Source of the DNA: Haliotis rubra
Taxonomy: Eukaryota
DNA: 64,000 nucleotides
Direction of reading: 5' to 3'
Assembly: GCF_003918875.1 (NCBI RefSeq)
Contig: NW_025767446.1
Location: 1,736,001-1,800,000 of the forward strand
Shown here: one piece after another, positions 12,930 to 25,767 of the stretch
Layout: each line of letters begins with the position of its first letter
Position numbering within the stretch: the stretch's first letter is position 1
Made by a program: the position numbers and the translations under genes
The notes under the pieces: generated by a model
What the model was told of the DNA's origin: nothing
The model's database searches: none
What the model saw: the letters and a program-made list of their open reading frames with translations, nothing else

Positions 12930-13843
12930 ATTTCCAAGTTCACAAATCACACAAAATACCTCGTATCTGAAGGTACTGTGCTCTGACTGACTAATGCCAA
13001 AATATAAATGTATAAGGAATGCCAACTTTCCCAACGAATGGTCAAGTGCAATGTAATATCCACTGAGATATATACTGGAAAAGCAAACTAGATGGAAATG
13101 TCCATCATAACTTGTACCATAACCATATTTGGCCTTACTTAACTGGAAGGAGATGTACAAAATACAGAAATTGAAATTAAACCATTTTATATATTATCGA
13201 GAAACTTAATATCTCTTGGCAAGTTTGAAAGATCTTGCAAATTTTTAAATTGATATAGCTAAGTTTAGAAATATTACATGTATTCGTGTTCTGAGAAAAT
13301 ATAAGATATTTTGCTATCAATGATTATCTGATACGATCATTATAAACTATGTTGCGACTATAAATCTATCTAGTCAACATTAACATACCTTGCGGAACTC
13401 AAAGAAACTTTTAACGAAAAATATTTCAAACTGTCTGGCAAACTTAAAATATTGCACAGAAGAACAAAGTACACTAACTCACGAATGTTCTTGTGACATT
13501 TAGAAATGATATCTCAATGTGGGTAAAACGATATGTCACCTTATCTTAAATGATTTTGAAATAATATATTTCGATATTTTGAAACGCCAACGTCCTATTT
13601 TCAGTACATGCATACCATGAAATTGACGTATTTAGGGCATTTGTTGACATGACAAACAAAGTGTATCTGTGAGGGATCATTATCTGAATAAGATCCAAAG
13701 TCGCTGCTCTCTTTTTCTTCTTTTTTTCTTTCTTTTTAACTTAATGAAACACATCGATATACAAATCAACTCATTTGGCAATATGACCTACTCCTCAGTT
13801 TACTTAAGTTTGTATTTTGGCCCTTACCTTTCCATTAATTAGT

Positions 13844-14012
13844 GAGTGAGTGAATATGTATTTATACCGCTTTTAGCAATATTCCAGCAATATCACGGCG
13901 TGGTACATCAGAAATGGCCTGCACACAATGTCATTGTACCCATGTGGGGAATCGAACCGGGTCTTCGGCGTGACGAGCAAACGCTTTAACCACCAGACTA
14001 CACCACCGCCCC
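13844..14012 (-). mobile_element. tRNA-derived SINE family A
   Basis: Full copy; TSD ATTAATTAGT. Confidence 0.88.
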
Positions 14013-14296
14013 TATTAATTAGTCAGTTCAGGTGATATAATTCATTGCATTAATAGTATTAATAATACATCATTCTTTCTACAAATGTATAACCATTCAA
14101 CAGAATATGCTGTATGTGTTTAAACAAAAGTACTAAATACATAATTTTCATAATACAAATATGAAATCCTAATAAGATTAATAAGAATTAATATATACAA
14201 AAACTGTGTCCATTGTACGATTCCGACAATATCGCAACCATGTGTTTTAATAATAATGCTGAATATGATGTCCTTCATATCCTGCGCACTATCAGG

Positions 14297-14562
14297 TTAT
14301 CATTATCCCGGATAACCCAAGCTGCCTGTACGTGGGGCGCTAGAAGGTAAATAGCCACATGTCATATCCCGCCGGGTGCCCATTTGCACCTGGGTGAACA
14401 GGGGAAATTTTGAACAAACTCATTTGCCTAAGGTGAGACCACATGTATCACACATGTGCTTCGTTGTGGGGCAGGACTGAAGTCCTAGAAACCCTCAAGA
14501 GTCAAGCTGCCAAATACGGTCACCCATCCAAGCACTCTCCACACCCAGCGTTGCTTAACTTC
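14297..14562 (-). mobile_element. 5S rRNA-derived SINE (SINE3) with CORE/Meta-like body
   Basis: Minus strand reads GAAGTTAAGCAACGCTGGGTGTGGAGAGTGCTTGGATGGGTGACCG (5S internal control region, A and C boxes), then CCTTAGGCAAATGAG...GTTCACCCAGGTGCAAAATGGGCACC and an ATAATGATAA tail. Confidence 0.75.
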
Positions 14563-15259
14563 AACTCATCAACTTTATGGACACCACCATTTCTAGACTC
14601 ATCAAATAGTGATGGCAGCGGGTGTTCTTAAAAGCACGATCGAATCTTTCCCAACACAAACACATGCAAAGGCAAGTCAATTGTTCAATTGAAACTCATG
14701 GGACCATATGATACAATTTAAGTCATTGAACACTGAATCGCACTGAACATTTTTGCAACTGATGTGTCAAATTTGTGGCAACGATAACACATCTGTTTCT
14801 GAAAGCCGTGCATTATGACACAAAATGATATCGCCTGTCGTGATATTGTTCTAATATTGCTAAAACCATACTCTGCCATAGTCCCTTCTGTACAAGATGC
14901 ATTGTTCTGTGGGAATTCGATGAACATTACCTATCTCTTAGATTTCAGTTCCATAACCAAGGACTGGAATTTGCACAGATGGCTCTTTAAAAAGTTATCT
15001 AACGATGCTTATCTGGGGATGACAATAGAGCGCAATGGGTGATTCAATCGTTCAGACAATGTGTTTGCGCTGTAACAGACAGCTGTCGCACGTTTTCGTC
15101 GAAACGTGGGAAATGAAATATTACTTCCATGGAAATTGTTGGCTGGAGAGATGGGTTGATTCTCACAAGACCAGTATGGATGGGGCGCATTGTGCGGTCT
15201 CCTTTGGAAAAGGGAGAAAAAGTGTGCACTCCTCAAACGAACTTGCTGACAAATCCACA

Positions 15260-15706
15260 GGGGTTTGTAACGCTTAAAACTGTCATCGAGGTATATACTG
15301 TTACTATCGGGGTCTTAACATTTTATATAGTGTTAGTGTTAAAACCCGTCAGTGACATTATAAAGCCCGTTTTATACAGTGCTAAAACCCCGTCAGTGAC
15401 ATTATATATGTCGATGACAGTTTTAAGCGTCACCAGCCCCTTCTAAATAGTGTTAAGACCCAGTCCGTCTGTCATACAGACCCTGAAACAAATATATCCA
15501 AGAAAGCCCATGCAAGTCTAGATTCTGTGGCAAGTTAGATTTCCACAGTTTCAATGAAGAAAGTTTCTGGCCTCCATTTCATAATATTTTATGATAGGGA
15601 TTGTATTTTTCTGTAATATATGTTCATTTCAGAGACTAGTTGTTAGTCTAAGGCCCCGTCAGTGACAGTACATACCTCGATGACAGTTTTAAGCGTTACA
15701 AGCCCC
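15260..15706. mobile_element. MITE with ~40-bp TIRs and an internal TIR-like copy
   Basis: GGGG(T/C)TTGTAACGCTTAAAACTGTCATCGAGGTAT(A/G)TACTG at both ends in inverted orientation; a third partial copy at 15411-15440; sub-repeats CCCGTCAGTGACA. Confidence 0.8.
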
Positions 15707-16848
15707 TATGGGCAATCTTGTTTAATGATGCTCTGAATTTTAGAACTGTAACGTTTCCATTTGTATCTCGACAAGTAAAAATGTTTTCGAGGAAATGGCA
15801 TATCCTTTCTTCAGATGTACGGAGAGTTAATAGAGATTCGGAAGATGAACACCCCTTCGTTTGATTTTTTGCAGCAATTTACTGAGGCTCCTAAATCGAT
15901 TTTAGCGATAAAACAATCGTTGTTTCAAAAAGTTTAGATATGCTCAGGACTAAGTGGTACTTAGGTGGCTTTGTTAGGATGTTCGTTTGCTAGCAAAACA
16001 CTTAATCACGTCTATGGAAGCTTGGCGCTGTCATTCTAGTGAAAGAAGTTAATACAGCGGAAAATGAACAGTAACATCTCCATCAACTTATCCAAACGGT
16101 TTATATGATTTATACCAATTGGTTTACTGATGGCCCAGTTTTACTGTGTATTTGCGCGGAACGTTTAAACTTGGCAAACGCCCTCGATTATAACAGAAAT
16201 AAACATTGAAACACATGGTCATAATATTCTATTCGGAAAAGAAATTCTAATCTCCATGATTGTCGTTTGTTCAGAAAGTGTCCAAACAAAATTAAATCCA
16301 TATTTGCATGGTAATGAGTTGGAAACACGTGAATGAACATCCCTTGCAACAAAAGTTTGACCTTTACATACAAAGAACCTTCATTTACTGCGATAAACAA
16401 AACCTTTTGACTTGACATTTTCTTGATGTTAAGGGTTTTTTTGCCATAAGACTTCAAAAACCTGTATTGGAATACTGAGTGGCATGTCTGAATTCCTCCA
16501 TAAATCTGAACAGTGCAATGTCTTATGGAGATCATGATGAAATAAATAAACTGATGCAGTCAGGCAAGAGTAAAACAAAACACATCATATAATACAGACA
16601 TTTTCACATCTTGTCAGCACAAGGGCTTATTTCAAGTTATATGTCAGGTTAATGTGGGGGGCAAGCCGGAAGTTGATGCATGTCTCTGACCTCTACCTCA
16701 CACCAGGGATACTCTACATCATATATAGTCTCCCTGCTCACACAAACCAAGGTTCATAATCTGCGCATATAATGGAAACGAACCTATGATCACTGCCAAC
16801 AGAATGAAACTCTGTATATACTACTTTTGCTGTTTCCTGTGACCGACT

Positions 16849-17225
16849 AGTGAGTGAGTTTAGTTTTACACCACTTTTAGCAATAAACGGCTGGGGACAC
16901 CAGAAATGGGCTTCACACATTGTACCCATGTGGGGAATCAAACCCAGGTCTTCGGCACGACGAGTGAACACTTTAACCATTAGACTCAATCACCCACTAG
17001 TGTACACTAGTTCAATTTATTGGTCATCTTGACTGAGTAAACCTTCAAAAACACTCTGGGGCGGTGGGGTAGCCTAGTGGTTAAAGCGTTGGCTCGTCAC
17101 GCCGAAGACCCGTGTTTGAATCCCCACATGGGTACAATGTGTGAAGCCCATTTCTGGTGTCCCCCGCCGTGATGTTGCTGGAATATTGCTAAAAGCGGCA
17201 TAAAAACAAACTCAGTCAGTCAGTC
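16849..17225. mobile_element. Two head-to-head family A SINEs (16849-16996 minus; 17058-17225 plus)
   Basis: A box TAGCCTAGTGG and B-box-like GTTTGAATCC in the plus copy; TSDs ACTAGTG and AAAACACTCT. Confidence 0.88.
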
Positions 17226-17698
17226 AAAACACTCTTGTATCAATTCTTTTCGGTGACAAGTGTCCACACAGAACACCCTGATTGGCAATGCAATTTCATA
17301 CAATACATCAATTCAGTTTTAGAGAAACTGATTGATGGTAGTTAACTTTGTTCAATGTTGATTTACATTTTGTGCAAAGCAAAAGCATGCCAAACTCTGA
17401 TTACAAGCTTTGGTTCAGTCAGATAGTAGCCGGTCAGCAAACAATGAGCAGAAATTTAAAGAAATACAGGGAGCAAAGGACTGGAAGGGTTTAAATTTCT
17501 GAGTAAAATCCCCCACACTAGACAAATTTGCAGACAATACAAATAGTTAGTGGAGAGTCAAAAGTTATCTCCCTTGCATTAATTCACACTATTCATTATC
17601 AAACATATAAGCAGTATTTCAGCACCAATCCCAACAATACAGGTTAATATAATATTGATAATATTAAACACAACGCTGATAATATGATAAAAAAATAA

Positions 17699-17704
17699 TT
17701 TATT
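17699..17704 (-). terminator. Candidate HUS1 polyadenylation signal AATAAA
   Basis: TTTATT on the plus strand, about 630 nt downstream of the HUS1 stop and just past the 3'UTR tandem repeat. Confidence 0.35.
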
Positions 17705-17819
17705 TATACATTATACACAAATAACAACTTTCAAACACTCATAGGAAAGAACAATATTCCTAATTTGTCTATCGTCAGTACTAAAGTCAGTTCCTGTAGG
17801 TTCATATTTCTTCACTCAA

Positions 17820-18295
17820 ATAATAGTTGACATCAACACAGGTGTCCGATGGTAAAGTTTCTTGTCTTCTACTCAAAGAATGCTTGAGGGTCACAATGTT
17901 CAATGGTAAAAGTTCTTTGCCTTCAACTCTATCATTTAGACAACATCGTTTGTCTCATGGGATAGTTTCTTTCCTTCTACTCACATGTTGAAGACGAATC
18001 AGGTAAGAGTTCGTTGACTTCGACACAGAAAGTGGTTGAAGACAACCCAGGTGTCCAGAGAAGATGATTTCTTCTACCAAAATAATGGCTGAAGACAACC
18101 CAGGTGTCCAGAGAAGATGATTTCTTCTACCAAAATAATGGCTGAAGACAACCCAGGTGTCCAGAGAAGATGATTTCTTCTACCAAAATAATGGCTGAGG
18201 ACAACACGGGTGTCTGACGGAAGAAATCCTTACCTCCTGCTCAAACAATGGTTCAAGACAATACATGCGTCCACACTGTTTTTCCTTCTACTCAG
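17820..18295. repeat. ~53-bp tandem repeat in HUS1 3' region
   Basis: Unit GAAGACAACCCAGGTGTCCAGAGAAGATGATTTCTTCTACCAAAATAATGGCT at 18038, 18091 and 18144, a diverged unit at 18197, and more degenerate units on both flanks. Confidence 0.85.
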
Positions 18296-18335
18296 TACAC
18301 ACTGAGATAATACTGATGAACAAGTTATGATCAAG

Positions 18336-21300
18336 TTATGAACTGATGGCTGGCATGAAGTACTGCAGCGACACATCTTCATGCATCATGAAGATGTGAA
18401 CTATCCTCTTGTCAACAATATCTGTAAAATGGAAACATGGGCAATGAGAGCGAATTATTTAATCTGAGGGATAGCATTAAACATACTACAAAGCAGAATC
18501 ATGGAAAATGACGTAACAAAAAAAGTTTACAATATTTTGTAAACTGGTCAGCACAGAAAGAGAAGGGGTTACTTTTAACATTGTTTTGAGTGAATTTAGT
18601 TTAACACCGCTTTTAGCAATATTCCAGCAATATCGTGGCGAGACACACCAGAAATGGACTTCACACAGTGTACCCATGTGGGGAATCGAACCCACATCCT
18701 CAGCGTGACGAGCGAACGCTTTAACCACTAGGCTACCCCAACGCCCCAACATTGCTTTGAATAGTATCCAAGCTATATTATGGCATGTCAGGTTGGAAAG
18801 TGAGTGAGTGAGTGAGCTTGGTTTTATGCCGCTTTTAGCAATATTCCAGCAATATCACGGCGGGGAACACCATAAATGGGCCTCACACATTGTACCCATG
18901 TGGGGAATCGAACCCGGGTCTTCGGCATGACGAGCGAACCCTTTAACCACTAGGCTACCCCACTGCCCCAGGTTGGAAAGCAATAACTTATGGATGTCTC
19001 AGCAAAATAATGTTGCTGACAAACCTAGAAACTGAATCCGAGTGAACCAGAATTGGAACATGGATCATAAGCTTCTGGCATGCCCAAGGGAAGCAACTCT
19101 GCACAGTGAATAATGGTGACTTAAGATGACAGTACCAAAGTGCCCCCAGGCAGTACATAAAGTTTAAAAAAGCGAAAGGTTAAACTAAGGTACATTCCGC
19201 TGCAATACTGCTACAGAATAACAAAAAGCAAACACAAAAGGAATACGCAACAAAGTATATAGTTTCAATAAGACTTCCAGAACACTCCAAGAGTCAAACC
19301 TATAGCTGTAACGTTTTGAACAAATTATTTACACTTACTGCATATGACCCTCGTTGGGTTCACCTGCTGTCCTGACAGGAACTGGGCAAACCTACGGATG
19401 TCGATTTTTGCTTCAGAAAAGTCTCTCTCATTCCTATCTTGCAGACTTCTCTGAGATGCATTCTCAACATCTCTTCCTGGAACAAGCACAAACATGGAAA
19501 GAAATGGAAGTATCACCACTGAGTGAGTGAGTGATTGAGTATGATATTACGCCACATTTAGCAATATTCCAGCAATATCACAGCAGGGGACACCAGAAAT
19601 GGGCTTCACACATTGTGTCCATGTGGGGAATCAACACATAGATAGATAGATGAGCAAATGCTTTAACTATCATGCTACCCCATCACCCCTTCACCACTGA
19701 GACAAAACTTATTGTGTATTAACTTATGGGAGGATATGAAGTAATTCATAGGTGAAAAACATGATCATACTGCTTAATTTACTGACTGACTGACTGAGTT
19801 TTGGTTTTACGCCGCTTTTAGCAATACTCCAGCAACATCACGGCAGGGGACACCAGAAATGGGCTTCACACATTGTACTCATGTGGGGATTCGAACCCAG
19901 GTCTTCGGCGTGACGAGCCAATGCTTTAACCACCAGGCTACCCTACTGCCCGCTTAATTTACTGACTTATAATTCTTTTGGGAATGCATAATAACAACTT
20001 TCACTGTCACGTTGTAATGACTGCAACATGACACATTTATGTCAAGAGAATAAAATGATTTAAGCCTTACTACTCAAAATTTAACACATCAAATTAAGGT
20101 ATATCCACACCACCCCTATCCCACCCATCCCATTCCATGGATGCCCAAATCAGAAAGGCTGTATTATACATGTTGTTTGTTCCTTTCTTATTGTTTGACA
20201 CAGCAATCAACAATATTCCATAACAGAGACCAATACATAATATGGGGCGGTGGGGTAGCCTAGTGGTTAAAGCGTTGGCTCGTCACGCTGAAGATCCGGG
20301 TTCGATTCCCCACATGGGCAGAATGTGTTAAGCCCATTTCTGGTGTCCCCCGCCGTGATATTGCTGGAATATTGCTAAAAGCGGCGTAAAACTAAACTCA
20401 GTCAGACATAATCAAGTCTGGACCAGAAAAATCAATGATTGATATTATGAGCAATGAAAAAGTAAGTTGACACACCATTAACCAAGTCATCAGACCAACC
20501 GACCCACAGTGTCAACCAGTTTGGGCTCTTAGGTACAAATTCTAATCTCGAATCTACACAAGCTGCCAATTTACCAACACTAAACAATTTTCTGACTGTT
20601 TGCTTTGATTAAGTATTTGCTACAAATACCGAACAAGACATTAACTTTTAACACATTACAATAGTAAACCAATACCTCATTTTGTAGACTATATTGCTCA
20701 AACCAAGCAAGATGTTTTTAGTATTATGAGAGGTCAAAAACTACCAGTATTGTTCACATCGAGGAAAGGGTGATGATATACTTGCGATAAATTATCACTT
20801 GACAGAGCATCTTACCATTTAATTTTCCTGTTCTGCTAGAGAATATTACTCACAAAATGAATGAAACCATTCCCGATAGTGAAACAATATGTATGGGTTA
20901 CTTATCAGTAGAAATGTCTCTCTATACTTATATATCAGTATTGAATAAATGATATACCAGTTTCTTATAGCTATGACAAATAAACTGAATTAGCCATGAG
21001 CATGATTACCCATTAAACCTTACGCCAGGGAAACAAATTATTGTGAAACCAATTTTGTTATTTATTATATTGTGACCAGAATAGTTATCCCCATAAAATA
21101 CTACATGGGAAAATGACTTTACTCCATGTGGGGTTATGTAGGTCCTGGAAATGTGTGCTGATAGAAACCATATCCGTCTCCACACTCAATCTCATCTCTC
21201 CATTCTGATTGGCCGAGAGAACCTGAAATATGACCAATCATAACATTACTATCAGTTATTCAAATAACAGCGGGTGCCAATTTCTTTCCTGCACAAGATA

Positions 21301-24300
21301 CTCAAACTTGGATGCCAATATTCCAATGTTGAAATGTACTTGAGGGTTCAGGCTTCATGCAAAAAGTGACCTATTACTATACACTGATATGACTTATTAC
21401 ACCTTAAACAGGATGGCAAGGAATATTGTTTGAATTTGGTATTCAGCTACTATTCAGGTAGTTTAAAGGGATGATAACTTGCAGATAACTTGCAGAATAT
21501 GTTAAAATGAGCAACTTATTCTGATGAACTCACCATAGTATTACTGAGGTTTTTCATCTTGTCCACAACATTCCTCAACAACTTGATGGGAGGCATGGCG
21601 ATGCTCACCTGAAATGAACAGGCAACAGATATGAGTGGTTGGACAGGCAAGTGGTTAGGTGGTTGAGTGGCTCGGTGGATGAGTTAATGTGAGGGTGGAT
21701 GGGTAGGGTTTTGAATGATATGTCTGAGCAATTTCACAGCTATTCCGTTTCCTTTGTAAATAATTCTGGCAGTTCCAACAAACCTGCATTATAAAATTCA
21801 ATAAGCAGACAAGAACTTTTTCCTTGTTATGGCAGGTTTTGGAGTATAAGTAGTTGAGTTTGAGATATTAAGTAGGGTAAGAGGTAAACTATTAATCTTG
21901 CAAGAGCTAAACAAAACAAAACATAACTTGGTCTAGAGTTGCCTCCCCCTCCACTGCATACTTTAAGGACAAAATAACAGCTCTGACATAACTAATCTGT
22001 TTTATGTTGAATACATTATTTCTTTCAACAAAATTTGCTCACATCGAACTGGGGCATCTCTGGTTCATCAAAGTCCTGCCAGTGTCTCCGGGGTACAACA
22101 TGAACGGGAATGTCATGTGTCACCAGCCGCTGGTGTGATCCGATTGTTGGCTGAAAAAAGTAAGAGGAAGATAAGAGAACGTCATAGACTGATACTGTCA
22201 CTTGTATCAGGGTATATGGATAAACAATATTTACCTCAAGGACAATATTTATCTCAAGAGATCCAATATACATGCTCATTTTCAGACACAAGACATAATA
22301 CTGAAGGATCATCACAAAAAGGACGGTGGGGTAGCTAAGTGGTTGAAGTTAAACAAAACTCATCACTCCAAAGACCTGCTAACAATAAAAGCAGCGTTTG
22401 ATTCCCCACAAGGGTGCAATGTGTGAAGCCCATTTCTGGTGTCCCCCACCATGATATTGCTGGAATATTGCTTAAAGTGGGGTTAAACAAAACTCACTCA
22501 CTCACTCACTCACTTGCTAACAATAAAAGCAGATTTTTCACCATGACGAACTCAAAGAATGGGATCACCCGTTAAATCTCCCATGGCTGTTCTCACCAGA
22601 TCTACTTCCACCGTCAGGCAAGGACTGTGCTTCTTGGTCAATTTTATCTTGACCCACTTTGCAGTCTGGGCTGTTTTCATGGCACGGAGCAAGTTCTCAG
22701 GTGTTAGTTCCAGGTAGATCTCGTTTGCTTCTGCAGACAAACCATCCATTGCAAATTCATCAAAGAAGTTCCCCTGGAAACAAGACAAAAGTAACAAGTC
22801 GTTCAGTTTGTAACCACTCATTGTTAGTGTGTAGTAAGAGAATTATGATCATGAGGCAAAACTAGACATATTAAATAATCAGGACATGAGTTGCAGCACA
22901 TGATAATTATACTAACCATGGTATACATGGTATCGCGTTATATACTCAATTTCAACCTAGACAGATTATCAGGTGTCCGCCCGGGAAAGCCACATTTGAA
23001 AAATACCAATTGCCGTTAAAGACACATTTCAAGTATAAACGTTAAAGACACATTTCCCGAATCGCCGCAAAAGCCACAATGAGTAAGGGAATCAATACCG
23101 TTTTTTCAAACAACCATCACCCATTGATCACAATGGATTAAAATTGTTTTAGTGACTTGTCCTTTGTTTGTTTAGATAACATATGATAGGTGGCTTCTTT
23201 ATTCTCGATGACGTTTCAGTTAACATATGATAACATAAAGGTCAATTTCAGCTTTTGCTCTTAAGAAAATTTTATTTGTATTTTTGGGTATTTTTATGTC
23301 TTCATGTAAACTACTGTGGTTTGTGTGATTGGTATATTGCATCAGCAGAGAAGTTTGGACAAGAATCTTCCATTAAATTTATTGTGATGTTTCAACTTTA
23401 AATCAAAATGTCATTACCGCAACGGTGGCAAAAATACTGATTTTGGAAAATTTAGTCATAAATTTTGCTTATAAATAGCTATGAAATGGAAAGAGGCTGT
23501 TTATAAGTATATTTGCGCAATAAATGGTCATTCTTCTAAATTGTTTTTTTTTGTTTTGTTGAGTTTTTAGCATGAATGTAAACATAGTAACTGAGGCAAC
23601 AATAGGCAAAATTATCCTAATAAATAGCATACATTTCAAGCGGGGCTTACGGGCAGAACTCTTGCCGAATTATTCTTAAATCATGCTAATATGAGCAAAT
23701 CCTTGAACAAACCCACAAAGAGAGGCAAAAGATGTCCCGTTTTGATGTCAGTTGGTTTTATATCATACCTGGGGAAGTTCACACCAGATCTGAATTCCTC
23801 CATTGACTGCTTGCTCTGAGAGAATAAAGTAGACCTTGTCAGGGGTGATCCGTAGAATGCAAGTCTTGATTAGTTTTGACACAGTACCAACAACCTCTGC
23901 AACAAGGAATTGATCAAAGTAAATTGCTAATTGCCGGCATTTCTTATTACTGCATGTAATAAACTAAGTCAATGAACATGGATCTGTGAAGAGTATGGGC
24001 TACACGGAAATATTCTGTTAGGTAACAGTAGTATCATGTAGATTCAGTGGTGTTGAGTTTGCTGTACTCATTCAAAATGGATTTTGAGATCCTTGGGTAT
24101 GTATAAAGTTTTGCTCTTTCAATGAGTTGAACCAATCAAAACTGTACATTGCATGTTACATAATCATGATATTTCTATTCTGGTGAAAAACACCAGTTTT
24201 GAGAAACAATATCCATAGGGGACTGTTCATAATTTATGGCAAGGGGGTGGGGTGTGTGTGGTGTGTGTGTGATGATGATTTTTATGCAGAAGCATGTACA

Positions 24301-24909
24301 ATGTGAATGAACCCCCCTAAAATTTATGCACAAAGTAAGTGACCCCCCTTTGCATATCATGTACAAAATCAATGACCCCCCTTCCCCTTCCAATAACTGT
24401 TTAGCATAATTTTAAAATATTTTTATGTACAAAATTGCTGACACCCCCGTACATGTGTACACAATTTATGCCCCACCACCACCACTTCCCAGAACAAAAT
24501 GGGTGACCCCTTTAAAATATCACCATTTCTACACACACCCAAAAAAAAATGAAAATAAAATATTTAAAAAGCCATAAATGATGAACGGTCCCTATTCATC
24601 TCCGTCAAACTAACACTATTTCCAGCTACGACAGGTTTCCCATTTTTCAAGGATATGAAATCTGTAAGATTCTCGACAATCAAGCGAACCCTTCTTCTGT
24701 TAGTGAGTCTAGGAACCCCCACCCCACCGCCCTCCCACTCCCTTACTGCCTCAGTATCAGCTGAGTATATAACCAGATGTGACATACATGTAGACGCTAA
24801 GAACGAGTTGCGCGGTTTCCACATCTATAAGATGGTGAAATCACCTGACACACGTACTTGTGAAGTGTTGAATACATCCAATATCAACTATCTTTCCTCT
24901 AAACTTCAT
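18336..24909 (-). CDS. HUS1: Checkpoint protein HUS1 (9-1-1 clamp subunit), 8 coding exons, 287 aa
   Basis: Exons 24858-24909, 23769-23896, 22597-22773, 22043-22150, 21534-21608, 21123-21222, 19339-19476, 18336-18421. All introns GT-AG with consistent phases; total 864 nt. Translation MKFRGKIVDIGCIQHFTK...NEIYLELTPENLLRAMKTAQ...KIKLTKKHSPCLTVEVDL...VTHDIPV...QFLSGQQVNPTRVICNIV...HEDVSLQYFMPAISS* is colinear with metazoan HUS1. Confidence 0.97.
18587..19952 (-). mobile_element. Four family A SINEs in HUS1 introns 7 and 6 (18587-18747, 18799-18969, 19520-19690, 19781-19952)
   Basis: Each has its own TSD (AACATTG.TTTGA, CAGGTTGGAAAG, TCACCACTGAG, GCTTAATTTACTGACT). All are on the minus strand, i.e. 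sense to HUS1. Confidence 0.9.
20244..20405 (+). mobile_element. Family A SINE nested in an old minus-strand family B copy (~20190-20560)
   Basis: GGGGCGGTGGGGTAGCCTAGTGG...GGTTCGATTCC; TSD ACATAAT; flanks continue as family B sequence (CAAGTCTGGACCAGA...AACCAAGTCA). Confidence 0.85.
22321..22513 (+). mobile_element. Family A SINE with rearranged head, HUS1 intron 3
   Basis: Head GGACGGTGGGGTAGCTAAGTGGTT; body and (CACT)n tail recognisable; GCTAACAATAAAAGCAG occurs internally and again after the tail. Confidence 0.75.
22970..23665. mobile_element. Possible decayed hAT-like MITE in HUS1 intron 2
   Basis: Imperfect TIRs CAGGTGTCCGCCCGGGAAAGCCACATTTGAAA / CAAGAGTTCTGCCCGTAAGCCCCGCTTGAAA; similar 8-bp flanks CAGATTAT and CGAATTAT. 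Confidence 0.4.
24218..24592. mobile_element. MITE in HUS1 intron 1
   Basis: TIRs GGGAC(T/C)GTTCAT(A/C)ATTTATGGC; internal GACCCCC sub-repeats. Confidence 0.75.
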
Positions 24910-24949
24910 CTTCCTGATATTAACCTTGTTGGTAAATCAAACAAAAGTA

Positions 24950-25010
24950 TTTTGAATCTAACGAAACCATGAGCAGTCGCAAAATTTCCTATTTCCCGCC
25001 ATCTTGGAAA
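24950..25010 (-). promoter_or_regulatory. Putative HUS1 core promoter: overlapping E2F (TTTCCCGC) and YY1 (CCGCCATCTT) motifs, with a CHR-like TTTGAA
   Basis: TTTCCCGCCATCTTGG at 24992-25007, about 85 nt upstream of the HUS1 ATG; TTTGAA at 24951. Motif match only. Confidence 0.45.
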
Positions 25011-25767
25011 GGGACGTAATGCTCTAACAATAAGATATTTACATGGTTATTGAAATCTCCAGATAGAAGCTGATACTTACATTTCTGTTAGATTGTTGTT
25101 GGCTTAGTTAATAACATGAGATTGACCTTTGGTTACTTGGTGTGTTTGCAAATACAGTTTTGGCGATTTAAAAATAACAATTGACTGGTGCATCGCGTTC
25201 CTGTTGCCTGATCAAAGCGAATGTAGTTCATAAAAACATGAAACGGACTATTTGACATAGCTCTGCGTTCAAGCGTTCCTTTTGTTGCCATTCAAGACAT
25301 ATATACCCACGTATTCTACATAAATTATATACTCCCTCGTGACAGATATCAGTCGAAACAATATCAGGAGAAAACTGCATCGTAAATATTTATAGAAGCG
25401 AACGTAAAATGTCATTACCGAGCGGGTTGGGTATATAGCGTTAAAAATTCTTTGCAGATCAACACGAGTGGTTTCTTTTGGAGGAGGTAACAATTTCAGA
25501 AGTAATTGTGGTCGTGTTAATTTAGTACCTAGAATACAGTAGCTTACAATACATTATTTATTTGTAAAATATAATTGGAAATTAAAATATTGAAGATTCT
25601 TGACACGTATAGACCTACTACACGAACCTTTTAGTGAGAAATATATTTTGTTTAAAGTTGGAATGCTCCTTAAACAGTTGTTTGGCATAAATATATTATA
25701 TTGTATATCCAGGGTGAAATAACGCGTAGTAAACACATAATGGCCTGCCAAAATGATTACGGAATAT

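Noticed and set aside
14517-14562. Functional 5S rRNA gene
   Set aside because: Only the internal control region matches; both 5S ends and the T-run terminator are missing.
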